This document shows positions 1 through 9,423 of a stretch of 64,000 bases of DNA, piece after piece. Source of the DNA: Candidatus Eiseniibacteriota bacterium (lineage in GTDB: Bacteria; Eisenbacteria; RBG-16-71-46); assembly GCA_044222065.1 (NCBI GenBank), contig JBGAOA010000003.1:40302-104301 (forward strand), given 5' to 3'. Position numbers and translations under genes: made by a program. The stretch's first letter is position 1, and each line of letters opens with the position of its first letter. Under the pieces are notes generated by a model, which saw only the letters and a list, made by a program, of their open reading frames with translations, was not told the DNA's origin and did no database searches.

Positions 1-191
1 CGAACCGCGAGTACTTCGAGGCCGGCGTGAAGGACCTCGCGCAGTGCGAGGCGCAGTACCCGGGCTGGCTCGGCCGGCTGCTCACGCACCCCGTGCGCGG
101 GCTCGAGAACTGGAGGGCGCTGCTCCAGGCCCTTACGAACGGCGAGGGCGTGATCAAGGCCTACTGCGAAGTCGCCCCGCTCGAGGACTGA
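1..191 (+). CDS. 3' end of a zinc-dependent (MDR) dehydrogenase, glucose 1-dehydrogenase-like (partial)
   Basis: Frame from position 3 reads NREYFEAGVKDLAQCEAQYPGWLGRLLTHPVRGLEN...VIKAYCEV and stops at TGA 189-191; resembles the C-terminus of MDR glucose dehydrogenases. 5' part is outside the window. Confidence 0.6.
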   Translation, partial: NREYFEAGVKDLAQCEAQYPGWLGRLLTHPVRGLENWRALLQALTNGEGVIKAYCEVAPLED

Positions 192-233
192 CCCGCCGTT
201 GCGCGGACCGCCGCGCGCCGCGAGACTGCCGGC

Positions 234-602
234 GTGGACACGATCGTCGTGACGAAGGAGCTGTACGCGAGCCGCCTGCGCGCGCTGCTCGGGCCGGGCT
301 CGGCCGGAGGCCTGCCGCGCCGCCGGCGCGACCGCCTCATCCTGCTGCACGCCGTGTCGCGTCGGTTCGCGGCGTCGGACCGCCTGCGCGAGCGCGAGGC
401 GACCGGCCGCATCGAGGACTTCCTGCTCGGGCCCGGCCGTCACCTCGGCGTGGACGCCGTGACGTTGCGGCGCGCGCTCGTCGACGAGGGCTTCGTGGAC
501 CGCACGGACCGCGGCGAGGACTACCGCGCCTCGGACCGCCACGAGCGCCTCGTGCGCTTCGAGGGCGAGATGCCCGACGTCGAAGCGGTTCTCGGCGGCT
601 GA
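234..602 (+). CDS. DUF2087-like winged-helix protein
   Basis: LPRRRRDRLILL...EREAT..I...DAVTLRRALVDEGFVDR pattern typical of DUF2087. Confidence 0.7.
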   Translation: MDTIVVTKELYASRLRALLGPGSAGGLPRRRRDRLILLHAVSRRFAASDRLREREATGRIEDFLLGPGRHLGVDAVTLRRALVDEGFVDRTDRGEDYRASDRHERLVRFEGEMPDVEAVLGG

Positions 603-720
603 GTCGCGGACGCGCGCCTCGTCAACGGCGCGGAAGCGCGAAGGCGGGCGATGAGCGGACCGGAGCTGTGCCGCACACACACCCCGGGAGCATCACCGAC
701 CCGCCATTCGCAACCCGTGT

Positions 721-1851
721 TCAGCGCGATGCGAGCCGGATGCTCCCCGAGCCCGTGTCCACGACGACGAGGCCGCGGCCGTCGCCGACGCGTCCGCGCA
801 GCCAGTCGTGCTGGCGGCGCACTTCCGAGAGCGGCAGGTCGGAGTCGATGCCGCCGCTGCCGGTGGACAGGTTGAGCATCGCGCCGAAGCCGTCGGGGAC
901 GCGGAACGTCACGCTGCCCGAGCCGGTGTCGATCTTGACCTGGTCGGCGTCGGCGACGAGTTCGAGTTCCACCGAGCCGCTGCCCGTGTCGAGCAGGATG
1001 TCCACCGCGTCCACGGCGGAGAGTTCGATGCCGCCCGAGCCCGTGTCCACGTGCAGCGAGGCGGCGCTCACGCCCCGGCCCGACACTTCGCCCGAGCCGG
1101 TGTCCACGAGCAGGTTCTTGCCGCGCACGTCCGCGAGCCGGACTTCGCCCGAGCCCGTGTCCACGTTGAGGTCGCCGCGCATGCCGTCCACCGCCACCTC
1201 GCCCGAGCCGGTGTCCACGAGCAGGTTGCCGCGCGCGCCGTCCACCTTGACGCTCGCCGAGGCGCCGTCGAGCCGCACGTCGCCCTCGACGTTCTCGGCG
1301 GTGATCGTTCCGACGCCGAGGTAGATCGCGGCCTTCTGGCCCTTTGGCACCTCGATGCGCAGGTCGGCCCACGCTTCGAGTCCCGAACCCCGGCCGGTGA
1401 TCGTCACCGTGCGCGGGTCGAACAGGCCGTGGGACTTTCCGCCCCACGTGCCGTCCTCGCGCACGCGCATCTGCGTGCGGGAGCCCCAGCCCATGCGCGA
1501 ACCCGGATAGACGACGCGGTCCGAGGGCGAGATCACGCGCAGCGTCGCGCGGCCGCCGATCGGACCGGTCTCGAGGCGCAGGCGGTTCGCGTCCCGGCCG
1601 CCGCGCGTCACTTCGACGACCACGTCGGGACCGCTGCCGCCCACGACCGAGACCGTGCCCGCGACGTCGAACACCGCCACGTCCGCCCCCTTCACGACGA
1701 CGCGCTCCGAGGCGGAGGCGCTCAACGCGACGAGTGCGTTCGCGGCGAGCGCGAGCAGCACGATGGCGACGACGAACAGGATCGCCAGGAGTCCGCCCTG
1801 GGCGCGATCGCGATCGTGCGCGGGGTCGGACGTCGGAAGGGTCTTCGGCAT
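721..1851 (-). CDS. DUF4097 family beta-strand repeat protein, membrane-anchored or exported
   Basis: N-terminal hydrophobic segment (LLAILFVVAIVLLALAA) followed by about 8 (V/L/I)DTGSG repeats spaced ~19-20 aa; start placed at ATG 1851 (MPKTLP), start uncertain. Confidence 0.8.
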   Translation of the reverse strand: MPKTLPTSDPAHDRDRAQGGLLAILFVVAIVLLALAANALVALSASASERVVVKGADVAVFDVAGTVSVVGGSGPDVVVEVTRGGRDANRLRLETGPIGGRATLRVISPSDRVVYPGSRMGWGSRTQMRVREDGTWGGKSHGLFDPRTVTITGRGSGLEAWADLRIEVPKGQKAAIYLGVGTITAENVEGDVRLDGASASVKVDGARGNLLVDTGSGEVAVDGMRGDLNVDTGSGEVRLADVRGKNLLVDTGSGEVSGRGVSAASLHVDTGSGGIELSAVDAVDILLDTGSGSVELELVADADQVKIDTGSGSVTFRVPDGFGAMLNLSTGSGGIDSDLPLSEVRRQHDWLRGRVGDGRGLVVVDTGSGSIRLASR

Positions 1852-1895
1852 GACGGGAGTCTCCGGAAGGAAGGGCGGCACTGGATGGCGACAGC

Positions 1896-1958
1896 TACGC
1901 CTCGGCGCGCGCCCGGGTTTCACGCACGCTGTGACACGCCGAGTCGCGCGAAAGGTTG
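1896..1958 (-). promoter_or_regulatory. Two tandem ECF-sigma-type promoter candidates for the DUF4097 gene
   Basis: Minus strand: TGAAAC-N17-CGTA (1922-1896), matching the SigW-like consensus, and CAACC-N17-TGTC (1958-1933). Confidence 0.45.
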
Positions 1959-2104
1959 GCAGCGCTCGTTCCTCGGCCGCCGCCGCGCGCGCGGTTCCCT
2001 CGGCGGCGCGCACGCCGGCTGCGCGGATCCCGCGGCCCCGGCGGCCTCAGCGTCCCGCGTCCGGCGGACGAAGGTGGCTCCGCGCCTCCGCCTGATGCAC
2101 CTTT

Positions 2105-2130
2105 CAACCCTGCGCCGGCTCCGCCTGTCT
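2105..2130 (+). promoter_or_regulatory. Putative ECF autoregulatory promoter
   Basis: CAACC-N16-TGTCT directly upstream of the sigma start; same motif as the divergent 1958-1933 site. Confidence 0.4.
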
Positions 2131-2141
2131 GATCGGGAGCC

Positions 2142-2717
2142 ATGTCCACCGTGACCTGTGGGGCCATTCCTCTGGAAAACGCGGCGATCAGCACCCCGGC
2201 GGGAGCCGACGGAGCGGATGTCGAGGACGCGAAGGGGGGCGATGCCCGGGCCTTCGAGCGCCTCTATCGCCGTCACGTGCCGCGGGTGCACGCGCTCGCT
2301 CGCCGCATGATCGGCTACTCCGACGCCGACGAGGCGACGCAGGACGTGTTCGTCCGGGCGTGGCAGAAGCTCGGAACGTTCCGGGGCGAGGCGGCGTTCG
2401 GAACCTGGCTGCACCGGCTCGCGATCAACGTGCTGCTGTCCAAGCGCGCGGGCCTCGGGATCCTGCGGAGCCGGTTCCTCCCGGACGACGCCGCGCTCGA
2501 GACCCTGCCCGGCCGGCCGGCCGCTCGCGAGCAGCGCATGGACTTCGAGAGCGCGATCGCGAAGCTCCCGGACGGGGCCCGGGTCGTGTTCGTGCTGCAC
2601 GACGTGGAGGGGTACAAGCACGAAGAGATCGCCGGCCTGCTCGAAGTGACGACCGGTACGACCAAGGCCCAGCTCCACCGCGCGCGCATGATGCTTCGCC
2701 GCCACCTGGAGGCCTGA
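2142..2717 (+). CDS. ECF RNA polymerase sigma-70 factor
   Basis: Region 2 (AFERLYRRH...DADEATQDVFVRAWQKLGTFRGEAAFGTWLHRLAIN) and region 4 (LPDGARVVFVLHDVEGYKHEEIA...GTTKAQLHRAR). Confidence 0.95.
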   Translation: MSTVTCGAIPLENAAISTPAGADGADVEDAKGGDARAFERLYRRHVPRVHALARRMIGYSDADEATQDVFVRAWQKLGTFRGEAAFGTWLHRLAINVLLSKRAGLGILRSRFLPDDAALETLPGRPAAREQRMDFESAIAKLPDGARVVFVLHDVEGYKHEEIAGLLEVTTGTTKAQLHRARMMLRRHLEA

Positions 2718-2721
2718 CCCG

Positions 2722-3480
2722 ATGAACGCGCACTGGACCGACCGGCTGTCCGAATACCTCGACGGCGACCTCGACGGCGCCGAGCACGCCGCGTGCGAGT
2801 CGCACCTCGCGACGTGCGCCGAATGCGCGCGGACGCTCGAAGACCTGAAGGCGGTCGCCGGACAGGCGCGCGCGCTCGGCTCGATGGCGCCCGATCGGGA
2901 CCTGTGGCCCGCGATCGAGCGGCGCCTCGACGGTCCGCGCGCACTGACCTTCGGCGGGCTCGGACGCCGGCGCTGGACGCTCTCGCTGCCGCAGGCGCTC
3001 GCCGCGGCCGCGGCGCTCGTCGCCGTCACGGGCGCAATCACCTGGCTCGCGACCTCCGGGCGCCTGTCGCCCGCGGGCCGCTCCGCGACCGGCGACTCGC
3101 CGCTCGCGCGCGCGACCGCTCCGCCTCGCGCGTCCGCGCCCGCGCCCGGCGCCGCGACGAACGCCGCGCGCTCGCGTCCCGCGCGCGACGCCGAAGGCCA
3201 GATCGCCGCCGAGCCCGCCGACTTCGGCACCGCCGAATACGACGCCGCGATCGCCTCGCTCGAGGCCTCGCTGCGCCAGCATCGCGACCGGCTCGACCCG
3301 CGCACGGTCGAGGTGGTCGAACGCAATCTCGCCGTCATCGACGCCGCCATTCGTGAGGCGCGAGCCGCCCTCGCCTCGGACCCGGCGAGCCCGTACCTCA
3401 ACGCCCACCTCGCGAGCACGATGCGCCGCAAGGTCGAGCTGTTGAAGCGGGCCGCCAAATTCGCGGGCGACCGCATCTAG
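2722..3480 (+). CDS. Anti-sigma factor with zf-HC2 (ZAS) domain and one TM helix
   Basis: LSEYLDGDL...HLATCAEC (HxxxCxxC), TM ALAAAAALVAVTGAITWLA; directly follows the ECF sigma. Confidence 0.9.
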   Translation: MNAHWTDRLSEYLDGDLDGAEHAACESHLATCAECARTLEDLKAVAGQARALGSMAPDRDLWPAIERRLDGPRALTFGGLGRRRWTLSLPQALAAAAALVAVTGAITWLATSGRLSPAGRSATGDSPLARATAPPRASAPAPGAATNAARSRPARDAEGQIAAEPADFGTAEYDAAIASLEASLRQHRDRLDPRTVEVVERNLAVIDAAIREARAALASDPASPYLNAHLASTMRRKVELLKRAAKFAGDRI

Positions 3481-3489
3481 GAGAAGACC

Positions 3490-4500
3490 ATGACCCTGCT
3501 CACCGCCGGCCTCGTCGTGCTCGCGCTCGCCGCGCGCACGGACACCACGCTCAACGTGGCTCCGAGTTCGCGGCTCAAGCTCGAGAACTTCGGCGGCGAC
3601 ATCCAGGTCCAGACCTGGAGCCGCAACGCCGTCCGTATCGAGGCCGATCACGGCCGCCGGGTGGACGTGACGATCGATCGCTCGAGCGGCGAGCTCACGC
3701 TCGGGGCCGAGACCCGCTTCGGCGCGCCCGCGACCGTGGACTGGCGCCTCACCGTGCCGGCGACGCTGTCGCTCGAGCTGTCGGGCGTCTACAGCGACGT
3801 CCGCGTGGACGGCGTGTCGGGCGAGGTGCGCGTCGAGACCGTGCAGGGCGACGTCACGATCACGGGCAATCCGAAGGAAGTGTCGGCGTCGTCCGTGCAG
3901 GGCCAGGTCCGCATCGAGGGCGGGCACGGCCGGATCGAGGCGAGCAGCGTGAACGAGCGCGTGACGCTGCTGGATGCGAGCGGCGAGATCCAGGCCGAAT
4001 CCGTGAACGGCGACGTGCTGATCCGCGGCGGCGGTTCGGACCGCGTCGAGGCCAGCACCGTGAACGGCAACATCCTGTTCGAGGCCGCGTTCGCGAAGTC
4101 CGGCGAGTACAGCTTCAGCTCGCACGGGGGCGGGCTGTACGTCGCCGTGCCGCAGAGCGCCGACGTCGAGGTGTCGGTCTCGACCTACCAGGGCTCGTTC
4201 GAATCCACGTTCCCCTACACGAGCGACTCGCGCCGCAAGCGCGACTTCAGCTTCACGCTCGGCAGCGGCGACGCTCGGCTCGACCTCGAGTCGTTCCAGG
4301 GCGAGATCCGGCTCTTCCGGCCGGGCGAATCCGTTCCCGACCTGCCGGACTTCTTCGACCGCGAAGACTCCGCCGGCCACGGTGCGAAATCGAAGGCGAA
4401 GTCCGAGGTCAAGGCCAGCCTCAAGGACAAGAAGTCCGGCTCGAAGGACCCGCGCAACGGCGACGAGTCCGACGAGGAGTCCGAAGGGGAGGACGAGTGA
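3490..4500 (+). CDS. DUF4097 family beta-strand repeat protein, exported
   Basis: Signal peptide; repeated (T/S)V(Q/N)G(D/N)V-type strands; third gene of the sigma/anti-sigma operon. Confidence 0.85.
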   Translation: MTLLTAGLVVLALAARTDTTLNVAPSSRLKLENFGGDIQVQTWSRNAVRIEADHGRRVDVTIDRSSGELTLGAETRFGAPATVDWRLTVPATLSLELSGVYSDVRVDGVSGEVRVETVQGDVTITGNPKEVSASSVQGQVRIEGGHGRIEASSVNERVTLLDASGEIQAESVNGDVLIRGGGSDRVEASTVNGNILFEAAFAKSGEYSFSSHGGGLYVAVPQSADVEVSVSTYQGSFESTFPYTSDSRRKRDFSFTLGSGDARLDLESFQGEIRLFRPGESVPDLPDFFDREDSAGHGAKSKAKSEVKASLKDKKSGSKDPRNGDESDEESEGEDE

Positions 4501-4528
4501 GCTTCGCGGCGCCGTAGCGCCGCGCCGG

Positions 4529-4568
4529 GTGTCCGCTCGTGGGACGAGGCGATCCCACGAGCGGACAC
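4529..4568. promoter_or_regulatory. Perfect 16-bp inverted repeat; candidate upstream activator site (or terminator)
   Basis: GTGTCCGCTCGTGGGA-N8-TCCCACGAGCGGACAC, about 75 bp upstream of a sigma54-like promoter. Confidence 0.55.
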
Positions 4569-4642
4569 TTCCACTCGTACCCGCGGCGGGCGCGGCCCCG
4601 GCGCCCGGTTCGCGCGCAACGAGTTGCGGCGTTCCGAGCGAC

Positions 4643-4658
4643 TGGAACGGTTCTTCCA
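4643..4658 (+). promoter_or_regulatory. sigma54-like -24/-12 promoter (variant -12)
   Basis: TGGAACG-GTTC-TTCCA versus consensus TGGCACG-N4-TTGCA; IHF-core-like CAA-N4-TTG at 4617-4626; operon ends in a sigma54 activator. Confidence 0.4.
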
Positions 4659-4692
4659 GTGCGATCCGGTCCACGCACTCCGGAGGCGGTCC

Positions 4693-5934
4693 TTGGACGT
4701 TCCTCGCGCACGCAAGCCGAATCGGGCTCCGTTCATCATCGGCGGGGTCGCCGGCGCCGTGATCCTCACGACGCTCGGTCTCTCGCAGCTGCGCCCCGCG
4801 GCGCCGACCGTGGAGCGCGCCGCGCTCTACTTCGACACCGTGAAGCGCGGCGACGTCGTGCGCGAAGTGCGCGGCAACGGTTCGCTCGTGCCCGAGGACC
4901 AGCGCATCGTCTCGGCGCTCGTCTCGGGACGCGTGGACCTCGTGCGCGTGCGCGCCGGCGAGCGCGTGGACGCGCAGACCGTGCTCGTCGAGATGAGCAA
5001 CCCGGACGTGCAGCTCGAGTCGCTCGACGCCGAGCGGCAGGTGAAGCTCGCGGAAGCCGATCTCGCGAGCCTGCGCGCCGCGCTCGAGACCCAGCGGCTC
5101 GCCGCGCAGTCCGCGCTCGCCTCGGCGACGCGCGAATCGCGCGACGCCGAGCGCGCGGTCAAGGTCGCCGAGCGGCTGATGAGCGAAGGCCTGAGTTCCG
5201 AATTCGAGGTCGAGCGCGCCCGCGACGCCGCCGAGGACGCGCGCGTCCGGCTCGCGAGCGAGCGCGACCACCTGAAGGTGACGACGGAGTCGCTCGACGC
5301 GCAGCTCGTGCTTCGCCGCTCCGAGGTCGAGCGGCTGCGCGCGATCGCGTCGTTCCAGCGCGAACGCGTGTCGTCGCTGCGCGTGCGCGCCGGCGCCGCC
5401 GGCGTGCTGCAGGAGATGGCGCTCGAGCCGGGACAGTGGGTGCAGTCGGGCCAGCGACTCGCGCGCGTGGCCGGCACCGGGCGGCTCAAGGCCGTCATCC
5501 GCGTCCCCGACACGCAGGCGAAGGACCTCGCGGTCGGACTCGAGGCGGTCGTGGACACGCACGACGGCGTCGTCCAGGGACGCGTGAGCCGCGTGGACCC
5601 CGCCTCGCAGGGCGGCACCGTCACCGTGGACGTCGCGCTTCCGGACACGCTGCCGAAGGGCGCGCGCCCGGACCTCGGCGTGGACGCGAACATCCGCATC
5701 GACCGGCTTCGGAACGTGCTGTACGTCGGCCGCCCGATGGACGGCTCCGCCGAGTCCACGGCCGAGCTGTTCCGCGTCGAGAAGGGCGGCGGCTCGGCCG
5801 AGCGCGTCGTCGTGAAGCTCGGTCGCGGTTCGTCGAACGCCGTCGAAGTGCTCGAGGGCCTCCAGGAAGGCGACCAACTCATCCTGTCCGACATGTCCCG
5901 CTGGGCGACGGCGCAGCGCGTCCGCCTCAAGTGA
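4693..5934 (+). CDS. Efflux periplasmic adaptor subunit (HlyD/MacA-like)
   Basis: TTG start after GGAGG (MDVPR...), N-terminal TM, VKRGDVVREVRGNGSLVP, coiled coil, VEVLEGLQEGDQLILSD. Confidence 0.9.
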   Translation: MDVPRARKPNRAPFIIGGVAGAVILTTLGLSQLRPAAPTVERAALYFDTVKRGDVVREVRGNGSLVPEDQRIVSALVSGRVDLVRVRAGERVDAQTVLVEMSNPDVQLESLDAERQVKLAEADLASLRAALETQRLAAQSALASATRESRDAERAVKVAERLMSEGLSSEFEVERARDAAEDARVRLASERDHLKVTTESLDAQLVLRRSEVERLRAIASFQRERVSSLRVRAGAAGVLQEMALEPGQWVQSGQRLARVAGTGRLKAVIRVPDTQAKDLAVGLEAVVDTHDGVVQGRVSRVDPASQGGTVTVDVALPDTLPKGARPDLGVDANIRIDRLRNVLYVGRPMDGSAESTAELFRVEKGGGSAERVVVKLGRGSSNAVEVLEGLQEGDQLILSDMSRWATAQRVRLK

Positions 5935-5963
5935 ACCCCGCTCCCGACCCGAAGGAGAAACCC

Positions 5964-6710
5964 ATGACCGCGACGCTCGCTCCCGCGCCCCGCAGCACGT
6001 CTGCGAACGGCGCCCGCGAAACGGCCACGAGCCTCATCCGACTCGACAACATCCAGAAGGTCTTCTACACGGACGAAGTCGAGACCCACGCGCTCTCGGG
6101 CATCCACCTCGAGATCCGACGCGGCGAGTTCCTGTCGATCGCCGGACCGTCGGGGTGCGGCAAGTCCACGCTGCTCTCGCTCATCGGCCTGCTCGACGCG
6201 CCGACGGCGGGCCAGTACTGGCTCGACAACCGCGCCGTCGAGAGCCTGTCGTTCGCCGAGCGCGCGCGCATCCGGAACCGGCAGATCGGGTTCATCTTCC
6301 AGAGCTTCAACCTGATCGGCGACCTGACCGTCGAGGAGAACGTCGAGCTGCCGCTGACGTACCGCGGCATGCCAGCGGGCGAGCGCAAGCGCGCGGTGTC
6401 GGAGTCGCTCGAACGCGTGAACATGGCGCATCGCGCGCGTCACCTGCCGAGCCAGCTCTCGGGCGGCCAGCAGCAGCGCGTCGCCGTCGCTCGCGCGCTC
6501 GCGGGCAGCCCGCTCATCCTGCTCGCGGACGAGCCGACCGGAAACCTCGACTCGTCGAACGGCGAGTCGGTGATGAGCCTGCTGCGCGAACTGCACGCGC
6601 AGGGCGCGACGATCTGCATGGTCACGCACGACCCGCGGTTCTCGCGCTACGCCGACCGCACCGTGCAGCTCTTCGACGGCCGCATCGTGGACGAGAACCG
6701 GGGGGCGTGA
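5964..6710 (+). CDS. ABC transporter ATP-binding protein (MacB/LolD-like)
   Basis: Walker A GPSGCGKS, signature LSGGQQQR, Walker [13 protein letters not shown]; AAGGAG RBS. Confidence 0.95.
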   Translation: MTATLAPAPRSTSANGARETATSLIRLDNIQKVFYTDEVETHALSGIHLEIRRGEFLSIAGPSGCGKSTLLSLIGLLDAPTAGQYWLDNRAVESLSFAERARIRNRQIGFIFQSFNLIGDLTVEENVELPLTYRGMPAGERKRAVSESLERVNMAHRARHLPSQLSGGQQQRVAVARALAGSPLILLADEPTGNLDSSNGESVMSLLRELHAQGATICMVTHDPRFSRYADRTVQLFDGRIVDENRGA

Positions 6711-9130
6711 TGGACGGCTGGCTCCAGGATCTGCGCTTCGCGGCGCGCTCGCTGCGCCGCACGCCGGGCTACACGGCCGTCGTCGTCGCCGTCATGGCGC
6801 TCGGCATCGGCATCAACACGATGGTGTTCGCGATGGTGTACGGCGTGCTCTACCGGCCGCTGCCGCTGCCGCAGGCGGAACGCCTGACCGCGATCCGCAG
6901 CAGCGATCCGCGCAAGCCGAAGGAACGCTACGAAGTCTCGTTCATGAACCTGCGCGACTACCGCGGAATGAAGTCGTTCGAATCCGTCGGCGGGTACTGG
7001 GACCACAACGCTCTCGTGAACTTCGGCCAGGACACCGAACGCCTGTACGCCTCGACGGTGACCTACGACCTGTTCGACGCGCTCGGCGTGAAGCCGATCC
7101 TCGGGCACGCGTTCCGGGCCGAAGAGGAGCCGATCGGCCAGAACTGGACTTCGATCGTCATCAGCGAGCGCATCTGGAAGTCGCGATTCGGCGGCACGCC
7201 CGATGTGCTCGGCAAGACGGTTCGCATGAACGGGCGCACGCGCACGATCGTCGGCGTGATGCCGGCGGGATTCCGCTGGCCCGAGATCGCCGACTTCTGG
7301 ATCCCGATGGGCTTCGATCCGAAGGACGAGAAGCGCAATTCGTTCGGCATCCAGGCGGTCGGCCGGCTCAAGCCCGGCACGACGGCGGCGCAGGCGGACG
7401 CCGAGATGCGCGTGCTCATGGCGAGCCTCGAGAAGCAGTACCCGCGCGAGCTGAAGAACGTCAGCGCGGTCGTGATGCCGATTCGCGATTCGTTCAACGG
7501 CGACGACTTGAAGCTGATGATGCTCATGCTCCAGACGTCCGTCGCGTTCGTGCTGCTGATCGCGTGCGCGAACGTCGCGAACCTCATGCTCGCGCGCGCC
7601 GCCGGCCGCCGCCGCGAGATCAGCCTGCGCCTCGCGCTCGGCGCGTCCCGCGCGCAGGTCATCCGCCAGCTCCTGATCGAGGGCATCGTCGTGTCGCTCG
7701 CGGGCGCAGCGATCGGCGTGCTGCTCGCGATGTGGGGCCAGCGCCTGTGGCTCTCGATGATCCCGCTCGAACTGCCCATGTTCCTGAGCTTCCCGATGGA
7801 CGCTCCGGTGCTGCTGTTCACCGTCGGCGTGTCGGTGCTCTCGGGCCTGCTGTTCGCGCTCGCTCCGGCGCTGCACGCGAGCGACGAGCGGCTCAGCGAG
7901 GCGCTGCGCGACGGCGCGTCGCAGGCGGGATCGTCGCGCGGACGCAACCGGCTCCGCTCGGGACTCGTCGTCGCGGAGATCGCGCTGTCGCTCGTGCTGC
8001 TCGTCGGCGCCGGACTCATGCTGAAGAGCTTCACGAACCGCGCCCAGCTCCAGAAGAACCTGCGCATCGACGGCGTGTCCACGGGCGGCGTGCTGATGCC
8101 GGTCGCGACCTATCCCGAGAACCGCCAGAAGATCGAGTTCGTGCACGGCCTGCTCGCCGACCTGCGCGGAACGCCCGGCGTCTCCGAGGTCGCGCTCGCG
8201 CAGACGCTGCCGCTCGGACGCAACGGCTGGGGGCGCGGGCTCATCACGCCCGAGATGAAGGACCAGGATCCGTCGAACGCCCCGCACGTCCGCTACGGCA
8301 TCGTGACGCCCGGCTACTTCCGCGCGCTCGGCATCCCGATCGTCGCGGGCCGCGACTTCAACGAGCAGGACACGCCGACCTCGCAGCGCGTCGTGATCGT
8401 GAGCCGTGCGCTCGTGCAGAAGCACTGGCCCGGCCAGGACGCGGTCGGCCGCCGGCTCAAGTTCGCGGGCGAGCCCGACTCGCTCGGCTGGGCGACGGTC
8501 GTCGGCGTCGTCGGCGACGTGCTGCAGAACATCGAGGACGACGACAAGCGGCTCGAGCAGGCGTACGCGCCGCACGACCAGGACCCGGTGCAGATGATGT
8601 GGATGGCCGTGCGCTCCGACCGTCCGAGCGCCGAGGTCATGGGCCGGATGCGCGAACTCGTGCGCGGCCGGGATGCCGACCTTCCGCTGCTCGAGCCGCG
8701 CACGTTCCGCGAGCACGTGCGCTTCTCGATGTGGACGCACCGGCTGTTCACGAGCCTGTTCGGCACGTTCGCGGTGCTCGCCCTGCTGATCGCCGGCATC
8801 GGCATCTACGGCGTGATGTCCTACTCGGTCGGCCAGCGAACGCAGGAGATCGGCGTGCGCATGGCGCTCGGCGCGGACCCCGCGGCCGTCGTGCGGATGG
8901 TGACGCTGCAAGCCGTGCGTCTCACGCTGCTCGGCATCGCCCTCGGACTCGCGGGAGCCTTCGGGCTCACGCGCTTCATGGCGACGATGCTCTTCCAGGT
9001 GAGCCCGACCGATCCGCCGACGTTCACGATCGTGTGCGTGCTGCTCGCGCTGTCGGGCATCGTGGCCGCGTGGCTGCCCGCGCTGCGCGCCTCGCGCGTG
9101 GACCCGATGGTGGCGCTGCGTTACGAGTAG
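6710..9130 (+). CDS. ABC permease, duplicated MacB/FtsX type (ADOP-like)
   Basis: QDLRFAARSLRRTPG start, LLIACANVANLMLARA..RRREI, QRTQEIGVRMALGA, terminal PALRASRVDPMVALRYE. Confidence 0.93.
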   Translation: MDGWLQDLRFAARSLRRTPGYTAVVVAVMALGIGINTMVFAMVYGVLYRPLPLPQAERLTAIRSSDPRKPKERYEVSFMNLRDYRGMKSFESVGGYWDHNALVNFGQDTERLYASTVTYDLFDALGVKPILGHAFRAEEEPIGQNWTSIVISERIWKSRFGGTPDVLGKTVRMNGRTRTIVGVMPAGFRWPEIADFWIPMGFDPKDEKRNSFGIQAVGRLKPGTTAAQADAEMRVLMASLEKQYPRELKNVSAVVMPIRDSFNGDDLKLMMLMLQTSVAFVLLIACANVANLMLARAAGRRREISLRLALGASRAQVIRQLLIEGIVVSLAGAAIGVLLAMWGQRLWLSMIPLELPMFLSFPMDAPVLLFTVGVSVLSGLLFALAPALHASDERLSEALRDGASQAGSSRGRNRLRSGLVVAEIALSLVLLVGAGLMLKSFTNRAQLQKNLRIDGVSTGGVLMPVATYPENRQKIEFVHGLLADLRGTPGVSEVALAQTLPLGRNGWGRGLITPEMKDQDPSNAPHVRYGIVTPGYFRALGIPIVAGRDFNEQDTPTSQRVVIVSRALVQKHWPGQDAVGRRLKFAGEPDSLGWATVVGVVGDVLQNIEDDDKRLEQAYAPHDQDPVQMMWMAVRSDRPSAEVMGRMRELVRGRDADLPLLEPRTFREHVRFSMWTHRLFTSLFGTFAVLALLIAGIGIYGVMSYSVGQRTQEIGVRMALGADPAAVVRMVTLQAVRLTLLGIALGLAGAFGLTRFMATMLFQVSPTDPPTFTIVCVLLALSGIVAAWLPALRASRVDPMVALRYE

Positions 9131-9423
9131 TCGAAGGAATGCCGCGGGGGACGGTCCGACCGGGAGCGGTCCCCTGACGGCGGCGCGCGGGGAAGCATGG
9201 GCCTCGCGCGCGAAAACGGATCCGCCCGGATCGTGGGTGGAGCCCCCCCGGGGCGCGCGGCCGTCGCCGCGCGCCCTCTTCCTTCGATCGCCGCGGGCGG
9301 CGCCCGTCGCTTCGTCCGCAACTCCTTCGCGCGCCGCCGCGCCGCGACGTGCCCGACCCGACGCGTGCTAATGTGCGGATCACTCCGGCTCGCGCCTCGA
9401 CGGCGCGGCGGAGGACGCCCGCG

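Noticed and set aside
740-1225. Recurring GCCCGAGCC(C/G)GTGTCCAC units about every 57-60 bp
   Set aside because: They encode the VDTGSG repeats of the DUF4097 protein, not a DNA-level array
1860-1880. TCCGGAAGGAAG resembling the SRP RNA domain IV loop
   Set aside because: Lacks the flanking CAGG and AGCAG and an enclosing long stem; it sits in the 5' region of the DUF4097 gene on the other strand
2425-5877. Very long antisense and alternate-frame ORFs (e.g. 2425-5877, 47605-50013, 58786-63888)
   Set aside because: Arg/Ala/Pro-rich shadow frames expected at this GC content, overlapping well-supported genes and lacking domain motifs
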